A stretch of 62,556 nucleotides of DNA, counting the filler, from Porpidia crustulata (lineage: Eukaryota), in the NCBI GenBank assembly GCA_964255105.1. It is 10 parts of 10 records of this genome, joined end to end, with 100 filler letters (N's around TTAATTAATTAA, not from the genome) between each part and the next. Parts side by side here need not be neighbours in the genome. Positions count along the whole stretch, not along the records: positions 1 to 6,170 come from CAXUWE010001613.1; positions 6,271 to 12,440 come from CAXUWE010001614.1; 8 more parts are not named here. One strand, 5' to 3'. Both the position numbers and the translations under genes were made by a program. Of the stretch, positions 1-12,540 are shown in pieces (the first letter of the stretch is position 1; every line of letters starts with the position of its first letter). Below the pieces are notes generated by a model, which was given only the letters and a program-made list of their open reading frames with translations, had not been told where the DNA came from and searched no databases.

Positions 1-2321
1 GGGTTGGGAAGGGGTGGTCGCGGTGGGGTTGTTAGTGGATGTGGGAGAGGTTGAGGCGGTGGCGAGGTCTCGTTTTTTGGGGTTTGAGGGGAAGGATTGC
101 ATTTCTGGAATTTCTGGAATTTCTGGGATGGTGGGTTGGGATGGTTGAGAGGGTTGTGGTGGAGGGAGGTCGTCGGGCTTTGGCTCGGCTGGCGGGTTGG
201 GTTGCAGAGAGGTGGAGCTCGTCTGTGGTTCTTCGACTTGGATCGCGTCCTCGCTGTTGCGGGTGGCGTAGGTGTCAGGGATCGCCATATCGTCGCCACT
301 GTCGCTCTCGTAGCCGCCGTCTTCAACCCTTCTGCGCTGAAGAACCGGCATCCTTGGTCTGATTAATGCCTCCACCTCCATGCAATCGGGGAAGCTTCTT
401 GCGAGCACCGGCATGATACTGCTGTTTTCTTTAGCTCCTTTGCGTTTTGTTGGGGGATTCAGGACAGAAGCTAGCATGGCTTGCTTATTCTGGCTCAGTA
501 TGGCTGTTCGATCGATCTGAGAACGTATGGAGGAGGAGACGAAGTTTGGTGGGAGGGCTGTCAGGAGTAGTGGGAGGAGAGCTGCTGCTGCGACTTGGAG
601 GGTTGTGGATGTCTTTGGACTGGGAGCATGATTAGAGGGGGCTTTGAGGTATAAGTCGGCGTTGATAGCATATGAGCCATTTCGAGGGTGGTTCTTGGTG
701 GTAATCGATGGTATAGTTTCTTTGACAGCGGTCTGTTCGGTCGATGGGAGGAGATCTTCGCAGCAACTTTTGATGCAAGTTGAAAGCGGTTTTGACATAA
801 TCTTTGGAAGTGAAGAGCCGAATAGCATCAAGATCTGAGACACTAGTTTGTATGTTGTTCTTCGGACGTCGCCACTAGCATGCTCATTTTGAAATACCCA
901 GAGGACTTCTTCAAGTATAAGGTGACAAGCGGGGACCAACGCGTGACCAAGACGTAAGTGCAGGAGCAAAAGTATTTCCATAGTCGAGACGTGAATCCGT
1001 GGTAATCCTATCCATAGCCCCTCACGCTCTTCTCTTGAGATCTCAGGGTTGATGCGTAAACTAGTATCACCCGACGGGGGTACAATAGATAGCATTCTAT
1101 TCACCACTTCCAGGAGAGATCCTACCGGAAGTGCCACTGCCATCGAGGTTGGGGTCGCTAGAAAGGCCTGAAGTGTATGCAACAAACCATCCAGTCTCTC
1201 TAACCCAGCATCGATTCCTCTCCAGTTTGGGATGTCCAACGGTGTAGTCGTTGGCCCCGAAACGATTAGCGCGTAGGAGTCAGCGTTTGCGGTGGTCCTT
1301 GGCCTTGTAGAACTCAAGTTCCAATCTTCATTGACCGCTCGGAATGTAAGGTCAGCTGTTCCGTGAATGGCTTCAGTTATAATGTCCAGCGATTTCGCCC
1401 ATTCTTCGCTAGTAGCAATCTTAGGAGCACAGACATTTAATAAGATAAATAGAGTTCGGGAAGATTGCACTATTAATCGCGAGCTGGCCACATTCTGGCT
1501 ATCTTGGCTTCCATTACCGGATTTCTTTGATGCGCTGGAAGGAGTCGAAGCAAGAAACGGTGCAACCAGAGTCCGAATTTGACCTACAAAGGGTCGAAAC
1601 GAATTCGGGTGATGCGGGATAAGTTCAGTTAGACTCTGTAAGACCGTATGGATCATGAAATCTCGTGCATCTGATTTACATAAATTGAGGCAAGAAGTAA
1701 TAAATCCTGGCAGAGAAGGAGTGGTAATCTCCCTGACCAGAGACTGATAGTCATGAGTGAGTAGAAATATTCTAGTCAAGGCGATAATGCACAATTTCTT
1801 TGTGGTTGGAGGATCTCGTTTCTGTGGTATCATTGTCAGCATTGACTACCGCGAAACATGTGGTCTTTCATCAATTTGGAAACATGAAATGCATAGGTTG
1901 AGGAAGGGAAGGCGTTATATGGGTTTGGACCCATTTTTGAAAATTTAATGAGATGATTGTATAGTAGAAAGATTCATACTCCAAGGATTCCCAGCAGGCC
2001 GCGGACCCAAGATCCTGAGCTCTGTAGGATTTCCCATCCTCCGGCTTCAACAGTAGCTTTAATCAGCACTACTGCTGCCCAACGAGCTTGTGGGCTTTTG
2101 TCTTGCAATAAAGTGGACAGCTGAATCCTGTATTTGTGCAAGAGAACTGATGAGCCGTTTCCGTCGCTGGATTGATCTTGCTTTTCTATGGAGAGGAATG
2201 ATTTCCCATGTTGACCTACTGTGCTTGCTAAGTAGGGTACAATGTGTGGGAGTTGCCAGGTTGGCGTCGAAGACAGGCGCTGGGTGATTACTCTGAGCGG
2301 GAGCGAGCTTTCATGTGCCAT
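1..2321 (-). CDS. RIX1: Pre-rRNA-processing protein Rix1 (PELP1 family), 3'-truncated by window start
   Basis: ATG at 2321 (MAHESSLPLRVITQRLSSTPTWQLPHIV...LLQDKSPQARWAAVVLIKATVEAGGWEIL). Intron at about 1979-1822 (GTATGA...CTGAC...CAG). Exon 2 reads KRDPPTTKKLCIIALTRIFLLTHDYQSLVREITTPSLPGF...HHPNSFRPF, typical of fungal Rix1. It appears to stay open to position 1, which would explain its absence from the ORF track. Confidence 0.9.
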
Positions 2322-2625
2322 TAGGTTAAAACCATCCGTTGAACACCATCGTCTGATGATGGCAAAGTCAATTTGGGTAGGTGCGTTAGGTATCAAGCGA
2401 GAGAGGCACCTCAAAATCTATATAAAATTAGATTACGCACTAGCATTCAATAATACGTGTACCATTCAATTGCAATCGCCCATGCATAGATAATTGCTTC
2501 CACCGGCGCCCGAAGAATACCCTTTGGAAAGGGTATAGTAGAAGACCATGCTGCTACTTGGCATATTTCTGTTACATTGAGCAAGCACTCGGAAAAGTCG
2601 TGGCATTCGCGGAGTTAAGGAAGAT
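2322..2625. promoter_or_regulatory. Short divergent (bidirectional) promoter between RIX1 and YPP1
   Basis: About 300 bp between head-to-head start codons, with a TATATAAA-like element at about 2419-2426. Confidence 0.5.
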
Positions 2626-5600
2626 ATGTTGATCGTGAGAGACATCCTATGCGAATTTGTTACGCCGCGGGATCCAATCGAGACTGACAGCTTGCACAGT
2701 ACCGGGAGCATGACAAGACACGACGCTATCTAGATTTGTTGGATACTGCTCGCTGCAACGGTCAATGGAAAGAAATCCCAGAGCTGGTCAGGAAGGTTGA
2801 GAAACATGCTCCACAACGAAAATGTATGTCGAAGGGTGTTGCTCTATTAGATTCCCTAATCATGTACACTCTTTACTCCGTTCACTATCGTGCTAATACT
2901 GTATGTCAAGGTCTCCACCTCACTGCGCAGTCTGAATGCCGAATCGCTTTACAGTCATCAAGCCGCCCTACAACCTCATCCTCGCTCTCGACCACAGGTT
3001 TATCTCAACTCATACCTTCACTCCTGACAGCTGCGGATACCGAGAAGTCTTTCCAGGAAGACGCTTTCCAAGCTCGGGTATGTCTAGGATGGCTTCATTG
3101 GACCATCAGCGAGCCAAGTCTTGCGATCTCGAGGCTTCCTACTGCCTTTGCGCAAGTCTCCGACCGGCTGATGAGCGATGGATCCCCCTTGACCGGATGG
3201 ACACATGTTTGTATCGTCAAAGGCGCATACATACGTGGTCAGTGAGGAAGTCCCCTCTCGATTGACCTCAATTGGTGCTGATCGGCTCATAGGCAATTCA
3301 CAGGAAACAACGGGTAATACATACGATGCCATCCAAACTTACGATTCAATGTTACCTTATATCTCGACGGCACAGATAACATCTGCAAACTGCGTTGAGA
3401 ATCGCTACTGGACTGAGCGCCTTCTTGCTCGGCATTGCTTACTTACAAGCCGTGATGTGAGGTTGCAGATCGAGAAGTCAAAACAAACCTTCTCCCCTGA
3501 GACTGCTTTGGCACCGTTCCGCGCATGGGCCAGATTTTGGGCCACCAGCCTATCTGGGGACAATGAAAAAATTGATGGACAAATACATAAAGGTGGAGTT
3601 TCTCGGCGACGTGTATGGCAAGCTTACTACAATACTCTCTCCCTACTCCTTCAACAAGGGACTTCGTACCCCTATCCTATTGAGGGGTCGCCCATAACCG
3701 CAAAATCCGTCCCGACTTATGAAAGCAAGATCCCGGCCAATCCTAGATTGCAGCAGATGACTGAGTTGAAAGATACCGAGGCTATCTATGAGAGCCTTTT
3801 GCTCAAGGAGGTCAAATTTCCAAAAGCAAGTGAAGCTAGCTCTGAGGTTGAGAGCTGGGCTGGGCAAGTGATAGTCAATTGGAAAATATGTTGTGGCTCG
3901 ACTTGGCAAGATAGCGATGTCGGACATGGGGGCAAAGAAGCTTTAAGCCGCAATGTGCTGCAGGTACGTCAATTACGTTCAAGTCACTCCCGGAACGTAT
4001 TCAAGTCCAAGATGGAGAGATTGATAATGACGATGATACCCACATAGATCCTTTACCGTGCCGCTACAAGGAGCTTTCACTCTACCCAGATATTGCGGTA
4101 CTTGTTTACAGTACATGCTTCCTTAGCCGAATTTGATCTTGCCGGCAAAGCACTTGACTCCTACCTTGAGATCATAACAAAGGGCAAGGCGCGGGTCGAA
4201 AAGTCTGGTGAAGCAGAACCTGGCCTCGATGACGACGCGACGATATTATACACGGCGGCGGCGGGAGTCAGAATGCTATGTGTCTACGGTCGACGAATTG
4301 AGGCAGAGAGGGCATTATATATCGGAAGTATTGTTGAAAAGTGGCTGCACAAGCATGTAAATAATTCGGACACGGGGAGCGAGAACGGTGAGGATCAAGT
4401 ATCAAGATATCTGGTGGATCAACATAATTCGACCGTGTCATCAATTGCTGGCAAGCCTTTGGCCGCCGGCTACCGCGCTTTAGGTATAAGCCAAGCCCAC
4501 TGGGCTCGCCTAACGTACGAAACCTCTGCACGTTCAGATTTACAGCAAAAAGCAATAACAAGCTTTCACACCGCTTTGGATCCTGGTATGGGAGACGACC
4601 GCGATATAGAGACTATTTACAACCTTGCGTTTGTGCTTGCCGAGACTCTAGAGATTGACGCCGCCATCTTAACTATAAAGAAAGCCTTGTCGATCAGCAC
4701 CACAGTGACTGGGAATGAATGGCTTTCCGATGGACAGGAGAGTTCTGAGGATGATTTTGAGTATGACAACTTATCAAACCCTGAACTACCCGGGTTATCG
4801 CTGAGATGTTGGCACTTGTTGGCACTTTTACTGAGCGCTCGGCAGGAGTACTCATCTGCCTCAGCGTCCTGTCAAGCAGCCCTGGAGCCGTACGGAGGCT
4901 TGTCTGCCCTGCTGGGTCGATCAAAACGTCGACTTGATGTAGAAAATTTTGACATACTCCAGAAACGAGACCTCATCGAGATAAAGATGACGCAGCTCGG
5001 GCTTACGGAAGCAGTTGAAGGGCCTGAAGAAGCACTTAACGCAAGTCAAGAGCTTTTAGCGCTGTACGCCAAGCTTTTCGATCACTCCTCGAAACAAGTA
5101 ACCCTTTCTCTGCCTTCAGAAGAAGTTTCACGTCCATCCAGCAGAAGCGGTACGATGAGGAGCTTTCCCGGAAGTGTACTAGGCCGCTTGAAGGATGCCA
5201 CCAAAGACAATCGACAGTCAATGGTATCTAGAGGAAATACTGCACCTGCTTCAGTACGCACACAAGAATCGGTGAATGAGGTCACAAGAACTCCAACCAT
5301 TTCAGTCACCGTAGAAGACAGTACTGCGCCTCAGCGTTCGCCCAATGGCCCTCATTCTCATCATATGTTTCACCATGAGTCAAAAAGGCTACAAAAGAGG
5401 AGTAGTAGAAAAAGCATAGGTAGTCTTCGCAAGGGTCGTGGGGTCTCTCCCGCTCGACCACCTATCTCCATCGGTTCACCTCCATCGAATAAATTATCAC
5501 CCTCAAATGTCTTGACCTCCGCCGATGGACCGACCGGATCTCCTCCTCAAAGCGGAAATTTCGCCCCCGATGAGGTTGGCGTAGCTGTTTCTCACGACAT

Positions 5601-6170
5601 GCCTTCATCAGTAATACCATTGCTAAAAGACCGCAGTGGTCCTGCATCAATAATTGAGCCCCTAACCAGTACACCTAATCAAGACCATACAGATCAAAAT
5701 CCTTCAGTAAGATATCCCAAACCATCCACAGACCAATCTCCGAATGACCCCTCGCCCTCATCCTCTCTCCCGTCGCTCCCAATCCCTACCTTCCCACCAG
5801 CAGAGCAACTCCGCCACTCCCTCACCATTCTCACAAATGTCTGGCGCCTCATCGCATCTCTCTACCGCCGCGCCACACTCTACAAAGACGCCCAAGGCGC
5901 CCTCTCCGAAGCCCTCACCCACGTTCAAAACATCGAAGCCGCTGTAGCCGCCGTCGACTCCAGCGCACAAGGCTTTGCCACACCCGGCTGGGGCGGTCTC
6001 AAATCCGTCGGCGAACTGTGGGCGGATCTGCACGCAGAACAGGGAGCGTTACACCTCGCACTAGACGCAAGAGATAGCGCCGAAGAATCATACGAACAGG
6101 CGCTATCACAGTTCCCCGACCATCCCGCCGCGACCGTGGGCCTGTGCAACCTCCTCCTCGACTTCTACGC
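2626..6170 (+). CDS. YPP1: YPP1/TTC7-like TPR protein (filamentation protein Rhf1 type), 3'-truncated at spacer
   Basis: Spliced from ORFs 2736-3245, 3205-4047 and 4093-6170. N-terminus RYLDLLDTARCNGQWKEIPELVRKVEKHAP, then ILYRAATRSFHSTQILRYLFTVHASLAEFDLA, WHLLALLLSA and C-terminal TPRs (YEQALSQFPDHPAATVGL). The start at 2626 assumes a 9-nt first exon followed by a GTGAGA...CAG intron. Confidence 0.82.
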
Positions 6171-6270
6171 NNNNNNNNNNNNNNNNNNNNNNNNNNNNNN
6201 NNNNNNNNNNNNNNTTAATTAATTAANNNNNNNNNNNNNNNNNNNNNNNNNNNNNNNNNNNNNNNNNNNN
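6171..6270. other. Artificial contig spacer
   Basis: N44-TTAATTAATTAA-N44, giving stops in all six frames. Confidence 0.99.
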
Positions 6271-7723
6271 GCCTTTGTTGTACAGTTGTCGGTTGTTGAA
6301 GATTTGACCTTCGGTTTTGTAACCTGTTAGGTGGGGTATGGGATGGGTGATGTCTAGTGTAAACGGGTTAGTCTGGGGTTTGCTGGGAAGGGGTGGAGAT
6401 ATACCATCATTGGGCATGGTCAGGATGGGGATTTGAGTGATGGATCCATTTCGTCCTTCTACTCGGCCGGCACGTTCATAGATAGTTGATAAATCGGTGT
6501 ACATGTAACCAGGATATCCACGACGACCAGGTACTTCTTCTCGTGCTGCTGAGACTTCTCGCAGGGCGTCGCAGTATGCTGTGAGGTCAGTAAGAATGAC
6601 AAGGACGTGCTTCTCGAGCTGATAAGCGTAGTATTCGGCGGTCGTGAGAGCGAGACGGGGCGTAATGATACGTTCAATCCTGGAAAGATTTAGCTATGGT
6701 CCCGACTTATAGGTGGACAGCAATACGAACGTCGGGTCATTTGCCAAATTCAAGAAGAGCGTAACTTTTTCCATGCTACCATTTTCTTCAAAGTCTCTTG
6801 TGAAAAATCGACTTGTTTCCATGTTTACACCCATGGCAGCAAAGACGATAGAAAAGTTGTCTTCGTGGCCGTCGTGAACGTCCTTCGTTGGCTTATTGAC
6901 CAAGCCTGCTTGACGACAGATTTGAGCAGCGATTTCATTATGAGGCAGACCTGCAGCTGAGAATATGGGTATTTTTTGTCCACGCGCAATGGAGTTCATG
7001 GTATCGATCGCGGATATTCCTGTAGCAATCATTTCTTCGGGATAGACCTTACCGGCCGTGAGCTTTAAGCCGCGATGAGATTTCCTGCTGAACGTACCCG
7101 CGAGTAGGGATTTATGGGGCTTCCATTGATGTCGAGATAATCCTCCGCGAGCACCTTCGGCCCTTTGTCGATTGCTCTACCGGATCCATCGAAGACACGA
7201 CCCAGCATGTCCTCGGAGACGCCAAGCTTAAGGCTGTGCCCAGTAAATTCAACTTTGGTCTGCTGCTCGTTAGCTACCTGCTTAATCCAATTCTTCCCAT
7301 TCTCTGACCTTTTTAACATCAATACCTGTTGTGCCCTCAAACACCTATGCCGGCTCAGCTACACTTGAATATTGTGCATGGGGGTCTGCAACTCTGTACC
7401 TGGACCACGGCTCGGTTTCCTGTACGCAGCAAGTCTTAGCTAAGGCATACCGCGACCTTATATTTTCATCTCAAACGTACCTCGAGCTTCGAGCACTTGC
7501 CCCGACCTCTCGGTGCCATCTGGTAAGGTCAAAGACACAATTTCATTGTACCTTGGGAATTTGACCTATGAGAGTAATTAAGCTTCGAAGGACCAATTAC
7601 AAAGTTTCGTTAATATCTCACATTATCTAGAATCACTAAAGGCCCGTTAATTCCACCAACGGTATTGTAGCGGATTCGAGGATGGATCGCCATCATGCGC
7701 GGATCTGGGCCTTCAGGCGCCAT
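6271..7723 (-). CDS. VMA2: V-type proton ATPase subunit B, 3'-truncated
   Basis: [34 protein letters not shown], then [55 protein letters not shown] and [32 protein letters not shown]. Several short introns. Confidence 0.96.
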
Positions 7724-8292
7724 TGTTATTGGAGCTGAGACGGTTCGGAGAGAAGAAGTCCAAATGTGCGAAGTAGATACACCCCGGACAATTTGAGTCT
7801 GTCTTTAGGGAAGACGAAACTGCCTTCGATACTTCAGGTGCCTGGATACGACGCTGATTGGAGCATGCATCGTCGGAGGTCATGACGGTTATCTACAGCA
7901 GCCTTGTAAGGTTGCTAACCACATCAGCTCTAGAACCGAAGGTCCAGATGCACGCAGTTCGAAAGCTTTTGATTAAGTAGTCATCAAAGATTTGAACAAT
8001 TATACATACATCTCTCTTGTGAAATTGCTTTATATAGTGCTTTCCTATCTACTTGTTCGATTGCAGCTTACTCGCAATCCATCATGGAGAATGTCATTTT
8101 GCCGATACACAAATTGAGATCCAAATTACTCAATCAATAGCGCATCAATTATCCAATTCCAAGAAGCATGTTCTCATGTCCTGACATCAAATATCCTGTC
8201 CTCTCGTCTTATTCCGCATTAGGTCCCGAGACATCTCGAATGGTTTCGTCGTCTGTCACAATTCATGCGTTGCGTTCCTAGTCGTCAAATAT

Positions 8293-8940
8293 TCAAGCTG
8301 TGTTATCTTTAATGGTGTCTGCAGTATCATTGGTTGTCTTCTGAGCAGTTTCGCTGGCTTTGTTTGTCGTACTTTTCATTTCAGCCGGTGCATCTTTCGT
8401 CCCAGCCTCACCGGAGCCTGTCATTGACGACGCTGCGCCAGTCACTGTATCTCCCACCCCACTGACGGTTTGACCCAAGCCGTTGGCCGTCCCACTGACC
8501 ACGCCGGATACACCGCTACCTACGGTACCAACCTGAATACCTTAGCCACGGCTACACCCCTCTGACCCACGCAAAGATAACAAGGCTTTTCAATGTCCCA
8601 GAAGTTGTGGCTTAAAGCCGAGACTCACTGTGTTCCCCGCCGTATCTACCACGCCTTTGATTGTTCCACCAGTGGCACCTGCTAAACCGCCAGCAGTTTT
8701 CTGAAGACCGCCAACAAAGCCTTGAGCTTGTTCTTTTCCTGCCGGCAGGTTTTCTGTAGCTCCTTGAAGTTGGTCTCTGATGGAGATGGTCAGCCTGGTT
8801 ATAAATAACAATAAGCCGTGTAGAGGTCAAGTATACCCTGCAGCATCGACCTGTCCCTGCACTTGCTCTTGGATGTCTTCGGGCTTCTTGCCGGGCATGA
8901 TATCAAGGTCAACGACCTGGTTCTCAAGTACCTTCACCAT
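8293..8940 (-). CDS. Small Gly/Thr/Ala-rich LEA-like hydrophilin, 3 exons
   Basis: MVKVLENQVVDLDIMPGKKPEDIQEQVQGQVDAAG / DQLQGATENLPAGKEQAQGFVGGLQKTAGGLAGATGGTIKGVVDTAGNT / VGTVGSGVSGVVSGTANGLGQTVSGVGDTVTG...DTIKDNTA*. Canonical introns keep the frame. No Cys or Trp. Confidence 0.65.
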
Positions 8941-10396
8941 GGTGCTACAAGTTTGCAGGAATGGTGATTTGGTAGTAAAGGATAATGAGGTCGATGTGTA
9001 ACAGAAGTCGAGAAATCAACAGAAAGAGACGTCATTTGGGTATGGCAATCTAGGCGTGGCCTTGATTTGCATGGTCGAAGTACCTATGACGCACGCGGGG
9101 TTGGCGTTATCAACATAAATCATGCATGCTAATTAGGAACGTTTCCTATCGAAGTCTTTTCGACGATTTCAATGCTTTAATCTCAGAAATGCACCGTTCA
9201 CACTCTACCGCTACCGTTACTTTACTAGTGTTCCTTATTGAAAGAGTCTCTTGGCCGGACTGGTAGCCAACAGTGCTTGGTTACTTCAAATTGGGCGCGG
9301 TGTCGACAATACGTTTCAAGAAGAACATTTTTGTTGCCGTCGCGTTCTCTGCTTCCCAAGTTGCTCATTCTATCAAGGAGACTTCGGGATCAAATTCCGC
9401 CTCACGTAGTAGAAGCAACGGACTCGACCATTTTGTTTCTTCGTTCCAATAATTTACTCTGATAACATTTGGCGTCTACGAAATCCAGAGTTTCGGCAAA
9501 GCTTGTTGTTCTGGCTGGCGCGGATTGTCAACCCGATAACGGTTGCATGAGTAGTATAGTAGCATTCGGGGACGACGATTAATCCAGGTGCTTCTAATGC
9601 TGCAGTATATTGGAGAGGTTACGATATATATGTGAAGAAGCTACTCGTTTTCACCCCTCAACGGATCGTCTGGCCTAGGGTTAGGTTCACTTTCATCAGT
9701 TTGAGCCTAGTTGACCCGTTTAGGGGTTTAACGCGTTTTTAGAGTGACACTTGATAGTATTAGACTAAGTACGTTATATATCTCAACCTCTGAACTGGAT
9801 GTGGACGTTTTGGTCGTTAGCTTCTTCAGAAAATGCTGGCAGCACTAGCTTTACTATATCGCGTGGTAGAGCAATGGAAATAACTAACGAGGAATTCATG
9901 GATCACATGAGTCGATGCCTACAAGGCAAAGCTGACAGCTAGTATACGAGATTCACGTTCGAAATCGAAGATCGTCCTCCCAGTTCGGGCCAGTATGCCG
10001 ACCCCGGTACTCCATCATAACGCTATACAACCACGCTGTGACTGAGATTGAACTGTGCCCATGTAGAACGTGCACGACGCGCAACTTGAGACATGAAGAA
10101 ACATGGATTGCCTCTTGTGGGAATAGAATGACATCGCGACTTCGTGTATCTCTAGCACTTTGACCTCGTCGTTTCTTGTTGGTGAACTTTTCTTTGAACG
10201 CCCTACACTGCCCTTGATTGAGATAGTAGGCGATTCAGTGACTCCTGATCTACGAGTCTGTAGTCGTCTTCGTTGAAATCTTCCTTTTCGTCCTTCTAGA
10301 TTTTGACACTCTCTAAATTCCCCAACCTCCAAAATTCAGAGTACAATTTCCAGAATAAGCTTTGCTGCAATTTATACCGTCGAAGCAACATACACG

Positions 10397-11942
10397 ATGC
10401 TTCTCGTCCGTTTGTGGACTATCTATTCGAGCCTCATCATCACTTCAAGCAAAGTGCTGAAGCTGGACTTTACAAAACAATCCGTCGCCAGCACTTTACT
10501 CAAGCGCCGGAGCCTCGAGCTTCCTATGTACAACGATATCTTCCATCAGGTAAGTTTCAAGCCTTCACCCATCTGGTAGTTGACCCCGTCTACAGAAATA
10601 TACCATCAATGTCACAGTTGGAACACCGCCGCAGCAAGCTACTCTCCTCCTTGATACCGGTAGCAGCGATACGTGGCTCCCAGCAATGGACTCATCAGGA
10701 TGTTCACCCATGTGCCCGCCTGGCTTTTTCGATGCTACCAAGTCCTCTACCCTTTCACCTACAGACTTGATATTTAATGTCTCTTATGGTGTCTCCACAT
10801 CCGATATTCTTCTCGGAAAATACTTCCATGACACTCTTCGACTTGGCAAAGCAGTGATACCGAACATGACAGGTACATCTCTTTTCATCTATAGATCAGC
10901 GCCTATGGGAGAAAGGCTGCCTTGTAGAACTCAAATTTCCAATTCTTCGCCTTCACATTACGCTTGCTAACTGATGATCCGCAGTGAGTACGTTTTGCCT
11001 TATCCAATTCTATAGGAGATTTACGGTGAAAAAATGCACGATATGCTAGCAGACCCGACTATTCCCACTACTAATAGCTAATCGAACCCATGCGTCTAGA
11101 TGGCAGTAGTAGACCTCACCAAAGTTTACTTCGATGACGGGTTTTCTGGCATCATAGGTCTCGGCTCTCCCCTCCAGGAAGCAATCGTCAACGGTAGAAA
11201 TCGCAGCGCAATATACCCGACTATGTACGATGAGCTTCAAGCGCATGGTTACACTGCCAGACGAGCTTTCAGCATCTGGCAAAACAGTATATCCTCTGCA
11301 ACAGGCCACATAATTTTCGGCGGTATTGATACAACCAAGTACTGTGGCAAGCTCGTTAGCGTGCCGGTTATCAAGACCTCACGCGGGGACTTCAGTGACT
11401 GGAGGATTGTCCTGACCTCTGTTACCCGCTACTCAACTGGTCATGGCTATCGCAAAGAAGAAATTTTGACTCCACCAGCTTTCAATATCACCGTGGTCTT
11501 AGATAGTGGTTCGCCGAATATGTACTTGCCCTGGATCCTCGCCCAGAACATCTCCTCGGCTATGAACGCCTCCACACATTTCGGATTTCCCTATGTCAGC
11601 TGTGCGGAGGGCAAAGTCAAATCCACTATCGAGTTTGGCTTCGGGGGTAACTCAGGACCGCGCATCAGTGTCCCTTACTCTGCGCTGATCTACCCATTTG
11701 GAGCTCCCTCTAACATTGGCCCAGTGACCGCTGCTGACGGCACGCCGCTGTGCTATCTCGGCCTTATCGGCTGGAACGTACCGTTGATTCTCCTCGGCGA
11801 TACTTTTATACGCTCCGCATACGTGGTCTATGACGTCGACAATCTTCAAGTTGCCATGGCGCAGGCCAAGTATGATGTTGATGGCGAGAACATTGTGGAG
11901 ATTCCGGCTGGCACAGGCCTCCCAGGAGTCAAACGTCAGTAG
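10397..11942 (+). CDS. Secreted pepsin-like (A1, yapsin-related) aspartic protease
   Basis: Signal peptide, KRR pro-site, catalytic LLDTGSSD and VLDSGS, LLGDTFIRSAYVVYD. Introns at 10550-10595 and a complex intron at 10872-11099. Confidence 0.9.
10872..11099 (+). other. Putative [D1,2] stwintron (intron nested within the donor site of an outer intron)
   Basis: G10872 + [GTACAT...GCTAAC...CAG, 10873-10984] + TGAGT...GCTAAT...TAG11099. Removing the inner intron rebuilds GTGAGT, and removing the outer intron joins PNMT to MAVVDL in frame. Confidence 0.75.
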
Positions 11943-12403
11943 AATGGCCATTTCTCACCTTGTAGCTATGGCAAGGCCTGGACTGGCAAGATTGTAAATA
12001 AAAAAGAAAATGTTTGTCTCAAAAGCTGTCATCCTGGAGGATTGCCCTATCAATCCTTCTCCATGGGAAAGTCATTTGGCAGTTTACTTCAAACCATTAA
12101 ATCAATTTTGTCGATCATAGGATTTTACGGAACGTCAGGCTGGTTTTTCTAACGACGGTCGGATACTGCCGGATCGACGGAGGGGTATATATATCCCAGA
12201 AACAAGTAAAAGCTTACAGGTATCAGACTTTTCTCATTCGTCTTATCAAAGTAAATACTCAAGATTCATATCGTCTTCTTCACGGCGTATTTCGTTACAG
12301 ATACTTCCTTAACTTTCCTTAGCATCCCCAGATAAGATTACCTGTGGCAAATTTTTCTTTCCCTTTCCCCACTCTCAATTCCCAATATACGAAGAAGCCC
12401 GTC

Positions 12404-12440
12404 ATGGCCGAACTGCCCAACCCCCCTTGGACCTTCCTCC
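12404..12440 (+). CDS. Possible first codons of a gene cut by the spacer (MAELPNPPWTFL)
   Basis: ATG in a GTCATGG context after a pyrimidine-rich leader. Too short to identify. Confidence 0.3.
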
Positions 12441-12540
12441 NNNNNNNNNNNNNNNNNNNNNNNNNNNNNNNNNNNNNNNNNNNNTTAATTAATTAANNNN
12501 NNNNNNNNNNNNNNNNNNNNNNNNNNNNNNNNNNNNNNNN
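12441..12540. other. Artificial contig spacer
   Basis: N44-TTAATTAATTAA-N44. Confidence 0.99.

Noticed and set aside
9676..9730. Telomere-like TAGGGTTAGG / TTTAGGGG words
   Set aside because: Isolated, non-tandem matches expected by chance.
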